Assembly (NCBI GenBank): GCA_963758635.1
Contig: CAVWWD010000008.1
Location: 608,001-672,000, forward strand
From: an uncultured Candidatus Rokubacteria bacterium
Lineage (GTDB): Bacteria > Methylomirabilota > Methylomirabilia > Rokubacteriales > CSP1-6
Reading direction: 5' to 3'
DNA length: 64,000 nucleotides
Part shown: piece after piece, positions 11,374-22,035 of the stretch
How the letters are laid out: each line of letters opens with the position of its first letter
How positions within the stretch are numbered: the first letter of the stretch is position 1
Notes under the pieces: model-generated
What the model was told of the DNA's origin: nothing
The model's database searches: none
What the model saw: the letters and a program-made list of their open reading frames with translations, nothing else
Translations under genes and position numbers: made by a program

Positions 11374-11976
11374 ATGAAGCGGTGTCTGGTGTTCCTCGTT
11401 TCTGTCGTGCTCCTCGCTGCGGCCTGCAAAGCGGCTGAGCCTCCGTCGGCCGGCTGGAAGTTCTACGGCCCACCGGGCCCGCCCGGTCCCGCCGGACCTC
11501 CCGGTCCTCCTGGCCCAGCCGGACCGGCTGCCGTGGCCGGAGCTCCTGGTCCTGCCGGACCTCCCGGCCCCGCTGGACCTCCCGGTTCCGCCGGAATGGC
11601 TGGCGCTCCTGGTGCCGCCGGTCAGGCTGCGGGCTGGCAGTCGTTCCGGGACATCCTCTTCGACTTCGACAAGTCGAACGTCCGGGCGAGCGAGACCGAG
11701 AAGATCAAGGCGGTGGCGGACTTCGCGAAGGAGAACGCCGGCTTCCAGATTGGCCTCGACGGCTACGCGGATCCGCGGGGCACCCCCGGCTATAACCAGA
11801 AGCTGAGCGACCGGCGCGTCAAGGCAGTACAGGACGCGCTGGCGGCGGCGGGTTTGTCGGGGAACCGCGTCCGCACCGGTGCGTTCGGCGAGCAGAACCG
11901 CAACTGCGGCGAGTCGACGGAGGACTGCTACCAGAAGAACCGCCGGGTGGAAGTGTTCGTCCGGCCGGGCGGCTAG
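11374..11976 (+). CDS. Lipoprotein with collagen-like Gly-X-Y repeat and C-terminal OmpA-like peptidoglycan-binding domain
   Basis: Lipobox-like LAAAC; GPP/GPA repeats; FDFDKS...GYAD...NQKLSDRR...NRRVE. Confidence 0.88.
   Translation: MKRCLVFLVSVVLLAAACKAAEPPSAGWKFYGPPGPPGPAGPPGPPGPAGPAAVAGAPGPAGPPGPAGPPGSAGMAGAPGAAGQAAGWQSFRDILFDFDKSNVRASETEKIKAVADFAKENAGFQIGLDGYADPRGTPGYNQKLSDRRVKAVQDALAAAGLSGNRVRTGAFGEQNRNCGESTEDCYQKNRRVEVFVRPGG
11467..11628 (+). repeat. Collagen Gly-X-Y repeat (7 + 10 triplets, one AVA interruption)
   Basis: Direct translation. Confidence 0.9.
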
Positions 11977-12000
11977 CAGGGACGAAGGGAGATCAAGACG

Positions 12001-12675
12001 ATGACGACACAAGTGTTGAAGGGCGTGGCTGCCGCCGCGCTCGTCTTCGCGGTCGCGGGCTGCGGCTCGACACGGATCGGCTGGTCGGGTCCGCCCCTCT
12101 GGTCATTCATGGATGGCTACATCGATGATGCGTCCCAGGTCTTCCCGTGCACCTCGCGGCCCAAGTGGATCCAGACGCCACTCACGGCCGGCCCGGCTGG
12201 CCCTCCGGGACCTCCTGGACCGGCCGCCGCGCCCGGGCCGGCCGGTCCTCCAGGCCCGCCTGGCCCCCCTGGCCCTCCCGGCCCTGCTGGCCCTGCGGGA
12301 CCGCCTGGTACGGGCGGCAGGCCTGGCGCGTCGCTTGACATCGTGCACTTCGAGGTTCGGACGGCGCAACTCCGGTCGAACTGCGCCGACAAGATCGAGA
12401 AGATCGCCGAGTGGCTGCGCGACCATCCGACGGTTGCGGTGGAGCTGGCCGGATACCTCGACCAGGTCGAGGCGCCGGTGACGAGCGCTGCGCTGCAGGA
12501 GCAGCGCGCCGTCGTTGTCCGCGACGCCCTGGTCAAGGCGGGAGTGGAGCCAGCGCGCATCCGGACCGTGTCCGCCAGCGACAACGCGCTGAAATGTGTG
12601 AAGAGCACGGACGAGTCGTGCCGGCAGTGGAATCGTCGAGTCGAGGTGATGATCGCAGAGCCCTCGCTGAACTGA
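12001..12675 (+). CDS. Second collagen-repeat lipoprotein with a divergent OmpA-like domain
   Basis: Lipobox-like AVAGC; GPP repeats; GYLD...RA...NRRVE. Confidence 0.85.
   Translation: MTTQVLKGVAAAALVFAVAGCGSTRIGWSGPPLWSFMDGYIDDASQVFPCTSRPKWIQTPLTAGPAGPPGPPGPAAAPGPAGPPGPPGPPGPPGPAGPAGPPGTGGRPGASLDIVHFEVRTAQLRSNCADKIEKIAEWLRDHPTVAVELAGYLDQVEAPVTSAALQEQRAVVVRDALVKAGVEPARIRTVSASDNALKCVKSTDESCRQWNRRVEVMIAEPSLN
12190..12333 (+). repeat. Collagen Gly-X-Y repeat (4 + 11 triplets, one AAP interruption)
   Basis: Direct translation. Confidence 0.9.
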
Positions 12676-12868
12676 CACCGCTGTGAGGGAGTCGCGGGGG
12701 GCGTGAGCGCGAGCTCGCGCCCCCCGTGGCGTCTCAGCCCCCCTGAGCGGGGGCGCGGAGGAGGCGCACGAGCTCCTCCGGCGGAATGCGCTGGTGGGAC
12801 GAGCGGCTCTCGCGATCGCCTGACCGCGGGCGCTCGGGCCCGCGCGGCCGTCACGCGCTGCGGAGCCG

Positions 12869-14127
12869 TCACGAGCGCGCGATGGCGTCGAGGTACCACT
12901 CGGTGTAGCGGATCACGTTGTACTCGCGCCGGGTCGAGTACGGGCCCGGCGTGAAGGCGGAGGAGGCGACGCCCGCCTGGTTCCGCTCGCACAGGTCCCA
13001 GTCCTGCTCGCTCGTGAGCTCCCAGAACGGCAGCAGCGTGTCCAGCCGGTAGTCGGTGCCCTCCACGGCGTCCTCGTGGACCAGCCACTGCACCTGGATC
13101 CGGGTGGCGCCCACCCCGGCGGGGGCGAGCCGGGTCGACACCGAGTGATCGCTCGACGAGTGGTTCCAGAAGTTCGGCATCGTGCGCATGCGGAGCGTGC
13201 CCACGTCGCGGCCGGGATAGGTCCCCATCACCGGAGCCACCGGCTGGCCCTCCATGGACTCGCTCACCCAGCCCCGCACGAGCGGCGTGCGGTTGATCGA
13301 CCACCAGCAATCGGTCGACGGGAAGCGCACCATTCCCGCCTCTCGGTAGTCGATGGAGAGGCCGTGGCCGGCGAGGCGCGCCGATGCCTCGGCGGCGAGG
13401 GACTCGATCTCCGCGCGCAGGCGAGCGATCGTCGATGGCCGCGTTGTCGAAGTTCGCCTTGACGTACTGCGGATGGTTCACGTCGCAGTGCCAGCACTCG
13501 CGGTTGTTCTCCCACACGAGCTTCCAGTTGGCGCGGACGATGTAGTCCCGCACCGCCGCCACCTTCGCCCGCTCCAGCCCCTGCGGGCGGAGCATCGGCT
13601 CGAGGTCGCGCACGGCGGCGTCGAAGGGCGGGGGGTCGTCGGCGAGGGACACGAAGACCAGCCCGGCCACCTCCCGCACGTGCGCGGCGTGCAGGCCGAA
13701 CTCCTTCCGGTCGAGCCCGTCCTCGGTGTCCATGCCGCCGCACGCCACCAGCGCCCCATCGCGGGCGTAGGCCCACTGGTGGTACGGGCACACGAAGAGC
13801 CGCACGTGGCCCGCCGGGCCGGCGACGAGACGCATCCCGCGGTGCCGGCACGTGTTGTGGTGCGCGCGGAGCCCTCCGTCGTCGGCGCGGACCACGACGA
13901 CGGAGTCCGTGTCGAACGTCGAACACGAGGTAGTCCCCGGGCCGCTTCACCTGGCAGGAGTGGCCGGCGAAGAGCCAGCCGCGGCGCCAGATACGCTCGA
14001 GGTCGAGCGCGTAGATGGCGGGCTCGGTCGAGAACTCGCGCGCGAGGGTGAAGCCCGGGCGGTGCGCGGCGAGGAGACGCTCGAGGAGGGCTGGTCCGGG
14101 CCTGGCCGCGCGGCATCCGTCGCTCAT
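12869..14127 (-). CDS. Rieske non-heme iron oxygenase alpha subunit, GbcA/betaine demethylase-like (frameshifts near 13915 and 13330-13430)
   Basis: CRH...CPYH Rieske motif; [27 protein letters not shown]. Confidence 0.85.
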
Positions 14128-14299
14128 CGCCCCGATGATAGCCCAACCGCCGTGGCGCCCCGGCGCCGCGCCTCCCTTGTCACGGCATCGCCCCTCGCCG
14201 GCGCCGTCACACGCGCCGGAGCTGGCTGCTATGATCGCGCGAAACTCGAACCGGCCCGCGGGCGTCCGGCCCGCGGACGTGCCGAGCCAGGAGGGCACG

Positions 14300-14734
14300 A
14301 TGCTCGCATCCGGCATGCTGTTCGCGGTTCTCGCGGGGATGTCGGCCGCCGCGTGGACCGTGTGCTTGAAGCTCGGCGCCACGAAGGTCAACGTGGCGCT
14401 GGGGGCGATGACCGTCACCGCCGTCGCCTTCGTCGTGAACTCCATCGTCCTGCTGACGATGCGGGCGCGAGGCCAGGAGATCGTGGTGCGGCCGGAGGCG
14501 CTCTGGCTGCTCGTCGTGGCGGGGGTGGCCGCCGCGGGGGTCGACATCTTCGCGCTCACCGCCTACGAGCGCGGCCTCCGCGTGTCGTCCTCGCTCGTGA
14601 TCGGGGCCACGTCGACGGCGCTGGTGCTGCTCGTGGGCGTGATCGCCTTCCAGGATCCGCTGACGCCCGCGCGGGTCGCCGGGATCGGGCTGATCGCGGC
14701 GGGCGTCTTCCTGCTGCAGGCGCAGGGCGGCTGA
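14300..14734 (+). CDS. EamA/DMT family small membrane transporter
   Basis: About five hydrophobic helices; C-terminal GIGLIAAGVFLL; GGAGG RBS. Confidence 0.75.
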   Translation: MLASGMLFAVLAGMSAAAWTVCLKLGATKVNVALGAMTVTAVAFVVNSIVLLTMRARGQEIVVRPEALWLLVVAGVAAAGVDIFALTAYERGLRVSSSLVIGATSTALVLLVGVIAFQDPLTPARVAGIGLIAAGVFLLQAQGG

Positions 14735-14816
14735 GGCGGATCATCCATGAACGGGTTCACCGGACGCGTACGCTGTTCACGGTCCGCCTGCGTCCGCGGA
14801 TGATGCGGGCCAGGGG

Positions 14817-17288
14817 TCAGGCGCGGATGCGCGCCCCCGGCGGATCGTGGAGGACGTCGGGCGCCACCTCGGCGGCGAGGCGCGCGCCGAACACCTCCAC
14901 CGCGAGCGCGGTGCCACGGCGGGCGAGGCCGGGGGGCAGGTAGACGAGGCCGATGTTCCGTCCGATCGTGTAGCCCCATCCGCCGCTGCGGAGCCGTCCC
15001 ACCAGCTCCCCGCCCGCGTACACCGCCTCGCCCCCGTAGAGCACGGTCTCGCTCCCGCCCTCGCCGAGCGTGATCGTGCAGAGCCGGCGCGAGAGGCCCC
15101 GGGCCCGGGCCTCGACGAGGGCCGCGCGGCCGATGAACTCGCCCTTGTCGAGCTTCACGCAGAAGCCGAGCCCGGCCTCGTAGGGGTTCTCGGCCGGCGT
15201 GATGTCCGAGCTCCAGTAGCGGTAGCCCTTCTCGAGCCGAAGGGAGTCGAGAGCCTTGTACCCCACGGGGCGCGCGCCGACGGCGCGCCCGGCCTCGAGG
15301 AGCCTCGTCCAGGCGGCGAGCGCGTCGCCGGGCGCCAGGTAGATCTCCCAGCCCAGCTCGCCGACGTAGGTCACGCGCTGGGCCCACGCGGCGGCGCCCG
15401 CGAGGTCGATGGGCCGGCCGCTCATGTAGGGCAGGCCCGCGTTCGAGAGGTCGCTCGCGGACACCGCGCCCAGGACCCGGCGGGCCTCCGGCCCCCAGAG
15501 CCCGATCACCGCCCACTCGTCCGTCACCTCGCGCACGGCGACCGAGCCGTCGGAAGGCAGGTGCATGCGCATCCAGCCGAGATCGCTCGGCACGAACGCG
15601 CTCCCCGTCACCACGCGGAACCGGTCGGGGGCGAGGCGGGTGACGGTGAGATCGCTCTCGATGCCGCCCCGGGCGTTCAGGAGCTGCGTGTAGACGACGC
15701 TGCCGGGCGGACGGTCCACGTCGTTGTCGGCGAGCCGCTGGAGGAAGGCCGCCGCGCCCGGGCCGGTGACCTCGATCTTGCCGAACAACGTCATGTCGAT
15801 GAGCCCGGCGCGCTCGCGGACGGCGGCGTGCTCGGCCCCGACCGCCTCGAAGAACGCGGGCCGCCGCCAGCCCCACCGCCGCTGGTCCGCGCCGAGGCGC
15901 CGGCCCGCCGTGCCCGGCTCGAAGTAGCTCGCGCGCTCCCAGCCGTTCTTCTCGCCGAAGGCGGCGCCGAGCCCGGCGAGGGCGCCGTCCAGCGGAGACA
16001 GGCGCCGGCCTCGCGCCCACTCGTTCTCGTCGTGCGGATAGCGCAGCGTGTAGTAGTACTTGTACGACTCGCGAGCCCGCTCCGCGGCGTACGCGGGGTC
16101 GTCGTACGTCGGCCCGAAGCGCCGCACGTTCATCTCCGTCACGTCGTAGGGCGGCTCGCCGTCGACCAGCCAGGTGGCCACGATGTCGCCGATGGCGCCG
16201 CCCGCGCCGAACCCGGTGTGCGACAGCCCCGCCGCCACCCAGAAGCCGGGGACGCCGGGTAGGGGGCCGAGCAGCGGCCGGCTGTCCGGCGTGATGCCCT
16301 CGGGGCCGTTCACCAGGTGCGCGGCCTCGGCTTGGGCGAGCACGGGCACGCGGCGGATCGCGCCGTCCAGGATCGGCTGGAACAGCTCCCAGTCCGGCGG
16401 CAGGAGCCGCTGCGTGAAGTCCCAGGGGACGCCGTCGACGGCCCACGCGACCGGGCTCTGCTCGAACCCGCCGATGAGGAAGCCGCCCACCTCCTCCCGC
16501 ATGTACACGAGGTTCTCCGGGTCGCGCAGGCACGGCGTGTCGCGCGGCAGCTCGTGACCGGGGATCGGCTTGGTGGCCAGGTGCTGGTGGACGAGCGGGA
16601 TGATGGGCAGCCGCGCGCCGACCATGGCCGCGAGCTGGGGGGCCCACATGCCGGCGGCGTTGATCACGATCGGCGTGGCGATGCGTCCCTCGCCGGTCAC
16701 CACGCCGCTGACCGCGCCGCGAGCGTCGCGGTCGATTCCCGTCACCCGCACGCCGGTGTGGACGGAGACCCCGAGGCGGCGCGCGCGCGCCGCCAGCTCC
16801 ATGGTCGCGCCGCTCGGGTCGATGTAGCCGTCGCCGGGCAGCGACATCGCGCCGTGCAGGCCCTCGGCGGACATGAGCGGAAAGAGGCGGAGCGCCTCGG
16901 CGGGCGACACCGTGCCCACGTCGAGGCCGATAGCCCGCGCCATGCCGACCTGGCGCTCGAGGAACCGGAGCTGGTCGGCGCTCGAGGCCACCCGCAGGCT
17001 TCCCACCTCGTGCCAGTGCCGGGGGGCGTCGGGCGCCGCGGCGAGGCGACGGTAGAGGGCGATGCTGTACTGCCGCATGCGCATGATGGTGGGCGACGTG
17101 TGGAAGTGGGTGACCATGCCCGCGGCGTGCCACGTGGTCCCGCTGGTGAGCTCGCCCTTGTCGAGCAGGGCCACGTCGGTCCATCCGCGCTGGGCCAGGT
17201 GGTACGCGATGCTGCACCCCGCGATGCCGCCGCCGACGATCACCACGCGCGCGTGGGAGGGAAGCGCCACGGCCGTAGAGTATGGCAC
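14817..17288 (-). CDS. GcvT-family FAD-dependent oxidoreductase (dimethylglycine/sarcosine dehydrogenase-like)
   Basis: GGGIAG, GTTWHAAG, TPDSRP, ELGWE, SLRLEKG; DAO + GcvT architecture. Confidence 0.9.
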   Translation of the reverse strand: MPYSTAVALPSHARVVIVGGGIAGCSIAYHLAQRGWTDVALLDKGELTSGTTWHAAGMVTHFHTSPTIMRMRQYSIALYRRLAAAPDAPRHWHEVGSLRVASSADQLRFLERQVGMARAIGLDVGTVSPAEALRLFPLMSAEGLHGAMSLPGDGYIDPSGATMELAARARRLGVSVHTGVRVTGIDRDARGAVSGVVTGEGRIATPIVINAAGMWAPQLAAMVGARLPIIPLVHQHLATKPIPGHELPRDTPCLRDPENLVYMREEVGGFLIGGFEQSPVAWAVDGVPWDFTQRLLPPDWELFQPILDGAIRRVPVLAQAEAAHLVNGPEGITPDSRPLLGPLPGVPGFWVAAGLSHTGFGAGGAIGDIVATWLVDGEPPYDVTEMNVRRFGPTYDDPAYAAERARESYKYYYTLRYPHDENEWARGRRLSPLDGALAGLGAAFGEKNGWERASYFEPGTAGRRLGADQRRWGWRRPAFFEAVGAEHAAVRERAGLIDMTLFGKIEVTGPGAAAFLQRLADNDVDRPPGSVVYTQLLNARGGIESDLTVTRLAPDRFRVVTGSAFVPSDLGWMRMHLPSDGSVAVREVTDEWAVIGLWGPEARRVLGAVSASDLSNAGLPYMSGRPIDLAGAAAWAQRVTYVGELGWEIYLAPGDALAAWTRLLEAGRAVGARPVGYKALDSLRLEKGYRYWSSDITPAENPYEAGLGFCVKLDKGEFIGRAALVEARARGLSRRLCTITLGEGGSETVLYGGEAVYAGGELVGRLRSGGWGYTIGRNIGLVYLPPGLARRGTALAVEVFGARLAAEVAPDVLHDPPGARIRA

Positions 17289-17333
17289 ACTGTGGCGGCC
17301 GCTCGCGGGACGTGAGGCGGCAGGAGAGGGCGA

Positions 17334-17645
17334 ATGGAGTCACCGGCCGTGGACGTCCGTCACTATCGTGGCCGCTTCTTCACGGTCCTCCAGCAGACGG
17401 AGCGCAGCCAGACCGCCGTCATGACCGTGGAGCCCGGCGCCGACGGCGGGCCCGAGGAGACGCACGCCGGCGACCAGGTCGTGTACGTGATCGAGGGCGA
17501 CGCCGTGCTCCGCATCGCCGGCGCCGAGCACCGCGCGGGCCCGGGGACGTGCGTGATGATCCCCGCGGGCACCCGTCACCACGTCAAGAACGCCGGCGCG
17601 AGCCCGCTGTTCTTCCTGAGCGTGTACTCGCCGCCCGCGTACTGA
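17334..17645 (+). CDS. Cupin domain protein
   Basis: ETHAGDQVVYVIEG...IPAGTRH. Confidence 0.85.
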   Translation: MESPAVDVRHYRGRFFTVLQQTERSQTAVMTVEPGADGGPEETHAGDQVVYVIEGDAVLRIAGAEHRAGPGTCVMIPAGTRHHVKNAGASPLFFLSVYSPPAY

Positions 17646-18376
17646 TGGCGACCGGCCCGATCGCCCTCGTCACCGGCGCCGCCCGCGGCATCGGCCTCGC
17701 CATCGCCTCCCGCCTCGCCGCCGACGGGGCGCGCGTGGCGCTCCTCGACGTGGACGCCGCCGTGGAGGCCGCGGCCGCGCAGGTGCGCGGGGAGACGATG
17801 GCCATCGCCGCCGACGTGACCCGCGGCGCCGACGTCGAGCGCGCGGTGTCCCAGGTCGTGGCGCGCTGGGGCCGCCTCAACGTCCTCGTGAACAACGCGG
17901 GCATCACCGGCCGGTCCTTCCCGATCTGGGAGCTGGAGGAGGACGACTGGCGCCGCGTGATCGAGGCGGACCTGACCAGCGTCTTCCTCTGCTGCCGCGC
18001 CGCGGTGAAGGTGATGCTCGCCCAGGGCGCGGGCCGCATCGTCAACATCGCGTCGATCGCCGGCAAGGAGGGCAACCCCACGCTCGTGCCGTACTCGTCG
18101 GCGAAGGCCGGCGTCATCGGGCTCACGAAGGCGCTGGCCAAGGAGGTGGCGACGCGCGGGATCCTGGTCAACGCGGTGGCGCCCGCCGTCATCGCCACGG
18201 ATCTCCTGAAGCAGATGGAGCCGTCCACCGTCGACCTCCTGGTCTCGAAGATCCCCATGGGCCGCGTGGGGACGCCCGAGGAGGTGGCCGCCCTCGTCGC
18301 CTGGCTCGCCTCCGACGAGTGCTCATTCAGCACCGGCGCCGTCTACGACCTGTCCGGCGGCCGCGCCACCTACTAG
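17645..18376 (+). CDS. SDR family oxidoreductase
   Basis: TGAARGIG, NNAG, YSSAK, DLSGGRATY; TGATG coupling to cupin. Confidence 0.92.
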   Translation: MATGPIALVTGAARGIGLAIASRLAADGARVALLDVDAAVEAAAAQVRGETMAIAADVTRGADVERAVSQVVARWGRLNVLVNNAGITGRSFPIWELEEDDWRRVIEADLTSVFLCCRAAVKVMLAQGAGRIVNIASIAGKEGNPTLVPYSSAKAGVIGLTKALAKEVATRGILVNAVAPAVIATDLLKQMEPSTVDLLVSKIPMGRVGTPEEVAALVAWLASDECSFSTGAVYDLSGGRATY

Positions 18377-18394
18377 CCCGCAGCCGAGGACGCC

Positions 18395-19402
18395 ATGCGC
18401 ATCGACCTGCACACGCACATCGTGCCCGACCAGTGGGAGGACTGGGCCTCGCGCTACGGGGGCGGTCAGTGGCCCCGCCTCGTGCCCCAGGAGGGTTGCC
18501 GGGCCAACATCATGACCGGCGACAAGTTCTTCCGCGCCGTGGACGACCGGTCGTGGAGCCCGGAGCGGCGCATCGAGGACATGGACCGGCTCGGCATCGA
18601 CCGCCAGGCCCTGTCGCCGCCGCCCGTGATGTTCTGCTACTGGTCGCAGGCCCGCGCGGGTCAGGCGTTCTGCCGCATGCAGAACGAGTACGTGGCCTCC
18701 GTGGTGGCGCGGCATCCGACGCGGTTCGTCGGCATGGCCACGGTGCCTCTCCAGGATCCTGCCCTCGCCATCGAGGAGCTGCGGGCGGCGCGCGAGCGCC
18801 TCGGCCTTCGCGCGGTGGAGATCGGCACGTGCCCGGCGGGCCGCGACTTCGACGACCCGCTGCTCTTCCCGTTCTTCGAGGCGTGCCGGGACCTCGGCAT
18901 GGCCGTGTTCGTCCATCCCGCCGTGCCGCTGGCCGGCCAGGAGCGGCTCACGCAGTACTACTTCCCGCTCATCGTGGGCAATCCGCTCGAGACCGCGCTC
19001 GCGATCTCCAAGCTGATCTACGGCGCGGTCATGGAGCGCCTGCCCGACCTGCGCATCTGCTTCGCCCACGGCGGCGGCGCGTTCCCGTTCACGCTCGGCC
19101 GCCTCGACTACGGCTGGTCGGTCCGGCCGGAGGGGCCGGCGTCGATCCCGAAGCCCCCGCGCGAGTATGCGCGCCGGCTCTTCTTCGACTCGCTGTCCCA
19201 CGGGCCCGGGAATCTGAAGTTCATCGTCTCCGAGTTCGGCGCCGACCGCGTGATGATGGGCAGCGACTACCCGTTCGACATGGGCGCGCCCGATCCCGTC
19301 GCCTTCGTCGGCGAGGCGGGACTGGACGCGGACGCGCGGGCCGCCATCGAGGGCGGCACCGCCGAGCGTTTTCTGGCCAGTGAGCCCCGCGCATCAGACT
19401 AA
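18395..19402 (+). CDS. Amidohydrolase family (ACMSD-like decarboxylase)
   Basis: DLHTH, FVHP, AHGGG, GSDYPF. Confidence 0.88.
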   Translation: MRIDLHTHIVPDQWEDWASRYGGGQWPRLVPQEGCRANIMTGDKFFRAVDDRSWSPERRIEDMDRLGIDRQALSPPPVMFCYWSQARAGQAFCRMQNEYVASVVARHPTRFVGMATVPLQDPALAIEELRAARERLGLRAVEIGTCPAGRDFDDPLLFPFFEACRDLGMAVFVHPAVPLAGQERLTQYYFPLIVGNPLETALAISKLIYGAVMERLPDLRICFAHGGGAFPFTLGRLDYGWSVRPEGPASIPKPPREYARRLFFDSLSHGPGNLKFIVSEFGADRVMMGSDYPFDMGAPDPVAFVGEAGLDADARAAIEGGTAERFLASEPRASD

Positions 19403-19454
19403 TGCCGAGCGGTGGGACTGTAGAGGCCCGTCGCGGTTAGCGTATTCTGCGAGA
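19382..19454 (+). repeat. Intergenic repeat family A, copy 1
   Basis: Close match to 42023-42103 and reverse complement of 59588-59664. Confidence 0.85.
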
Positions 19455-19492
19455 GTTGCCAGCTGACCGGTTCTTCGCGAAAGGAGCATCGC

Positions 19493-20514
19493 ATGCGCCT
19501 GGGCCGTCTCGTCCTCGCCGTCGCCCTCGTCCTCGGAGGCGCCGCCGCCGCGCTCGCGCAGGAGGCGTACCCGTCGCGCGCGGTCACCATCGTGGCGCCG
19601 TTTCCCCCGGCGGCGTGGCCGATCTGACGGCGCGGCCCGTCGCCGCCTCGCTCGAGCGGCACTTCAAGCAGCCGGTGGTCGTGGTCAACAAGACGGGGGC
19701 GGCGGGGGCGGTCGGCATGCAGTTCGTGGCCACGAGCAAGCCCGACGGCTACACGCTCTTGCTCGCGCTGTCGAGCATCTCGATCATCCCGGAGGCCGAC
19801 AAGCTCTTCGGACGGCAGCCCGCGTACACCGTCGATCAGCTCGTGCCGATCGCGCTGGTCTCCGCCGATCCCACCGTGCTCGTCGTCCGGGCGGAGAGCC
19901 CCTGGAAGACCGCGAAGGAGTTCATCGACGACGCGCGGAAGCGTCCGAACGAGATCTCCTACAGCTCCTCCGGGATCTACGGCACGCTCCACATGGCGAT
20001 GGAGCTCCTGTCGCACGCCGCGAACGTCAAGCTCCGCCACGTGCCGCATGCGGGCGCCGCGCCCGCGCTCACCGCCATCCTGGGCGGCCACGTCGACGCG
20101 CTCGCCTCCGGCCCCGCGGTGGTGCTGCCGCACGTCAAGTCCGGGAAGCTCCGCGCGCTCGCCGGCTGGGGCGACAAGCGCGTCGCCGCGCTGCCCGACG
20201 TGCCCACGTTCAAGGAGCTCGGCTATCCCGACGCCGAGTTCTACATCTGGGCCGGCCTCTTCGCGCCGCGCGGCACCCCGGAGCCGGTGCTGGCGAAGCT
20301 CCGCGACGGGATGCGCGTGGCCGTTGCCGATCCCGAGTTCAAGGGCGCGATGGACAAGCTCCAGACGCCCGTCACGTTCAAGCAGGGCGCGGAGTTCCAG
20401 GCCTTCTTCGACGCTGACGCCCGCCGCCTCGCCGACGGCGTCCGCAAGGTCGGGAAGGTGGAGGAGAAAACGGTAGACGGCGAGCCGAGCCGTAGGCGAG
20501 GCGAGCGCACATGA
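19493..20514 (+). CDS. Bug/TctC tripartite tricarboxylate transporter substrate-binding protein (frameshift near 19605)
   Basis: YPSRAVTIVAPF..., VVNKTGAAGAVG, PDGYTL, LPDVPT. Confidence 0.88.
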
Positions 20515-20524
20515 AAATGCCGTG
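20480..20524 (+). repeat. Intergenic repeat family C, copy 1
   Basis: 38/45 identical to 43621-43665; partial copy at 55553-55583. Confidence 0.7.
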
Positions 20525-20749
20525 GAGCCGACCGCGGCCCGCCGGAGGCGCGAGGCGACGTCTGAACCGAGGAGGAGTGTGCCCGGAGGCCCGACCCCAC
20601 AACCGATGGTAGGCGCGCCACACATGCGCTAAGATCTCCGCGAAATGAGCCACGAGCCCGAGCGCGCCTACGCGTACGATGCGGCTGTCGCCGACCGGAT
20701 CAAGGAGCGCATTCTTCAGTCGCTGGGTGAGCGAGTCATGCTCACCTGG

Positions 20750-22030
20750 GTGGGCAAGTACGGGCTCTCCCAGAGGGATCCGCGACGGGATCCTCAAGGA
20801 CGTGTCGGGGAACATCCAAGCCTTCGACTTCGCGGGCCGGACCGATGCCTACGTCGCGCATGTCATCGAGGACTTCTTCCACGACCACGGCGACACGCGC
20901 CTGCCCGACGGCGCGCCGCCGGCTCGCCATCTACTTCCCGCAGATGGACGACCTCGAGGCCGCTCGACCCGCGATCGACGCGGCCCTGGTGAGGGTGGGG
21001 CAGAACCCCACTGTGTGCCTGCGCAACACGTCCGAGTCGCCGAAGGAAGAGGTGGACGCCTTCAACCGACTGAACGACCCGCTGAGCCCCCACCGGGTCA
21101 TCCTGCTCGTCAACAAGGGCACGGAGGGCTGGAACTGCCCGAGCCTCTTCGCGTGCGCGCTCGCCCGGAAGCCTCCGCAGCAGCAACAACTTCGTGCTGC
21201 AGGCGGCCACGCGCTGCCTGCGCCAGGTGCCGGGCAACGCGCGCAAGGCGCGCATCTACCTGTCCCAGGAGAATCGCGCCGTGCTGGATCGCCAGCTCCA
21301 CGAGACCTATGGCGAGACGATCGCTGACTTGGACCGGAGCGTGCGCGAGCTGCGGTCCGCCCGGCTGGTGCTCCGGAAGGTGCAGCCTGCCGCCCGTCAC
21401 GCTGACGAGGCTCGTCAGGACGGTCGAGCCCGCCGTGGGGGTCCGACGCTCCGCTGAGGCTGGAGCGCGTGGCCGGGTCCGGCGCGCCGGCACTGGGGAT
21501 GGCCGTGCTCGACATCGTGGAGCACCCGGGGCGGCGCGCGCTGCTCCGGCAGGTCGGCGAGACCGTCACCATCGAGACGGAGGAGGCGACCGTCGGGCGC
21601 TACGAGGCGGCCGTGGCCCTGGCTGCGGGCGGCCACGCGGACCTCTGGGCCGTCTACGACGAGCTGGGTCGCCTCTACCCGGTGAAGACGTGCCGCAGAC
21701 GGACCTGTCCGGCGCTCGCCTCTCAGATCGCGGAGCAGGCGCGCCGCTACAGGGTGCGAGAAGAGGAGAGTCGAGTGGGCGCTGGCCCTCGTGCGGCCCG
21801 AGGGCTTCACCAGGGGCAGGGACGCGAGCAGGCGCCGACGTGTACACAGCCGAGATCGCCTATCCGAAAGACCGGGAGCACCTGTTGCTCCGTCGCGCCG
21901 GCGTGGGCGAGAACCCCGGGGACTTCGGCTTCCACTACGATTCCGTACAACTTCGACTCCGTGCCGGAGCGCGACTTCTTCGAGATGGTCCTCCGAGCCT
22001 GAACGAGGACCGCGGAGGACGTTGAGGACG
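20750..22030 (+). pseudogene. Fragmented type III restriction (Res-like helicase) remnant
   Basis: LAIYFP...VILLVNKGTEGWNCPSLFACAL...NFVLQAATRCLR...PYNFDS spread over several frames; no Walker A or DEAH portion. Confidence 0.6.
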
Positions 22031-22035
22031 ACGGA

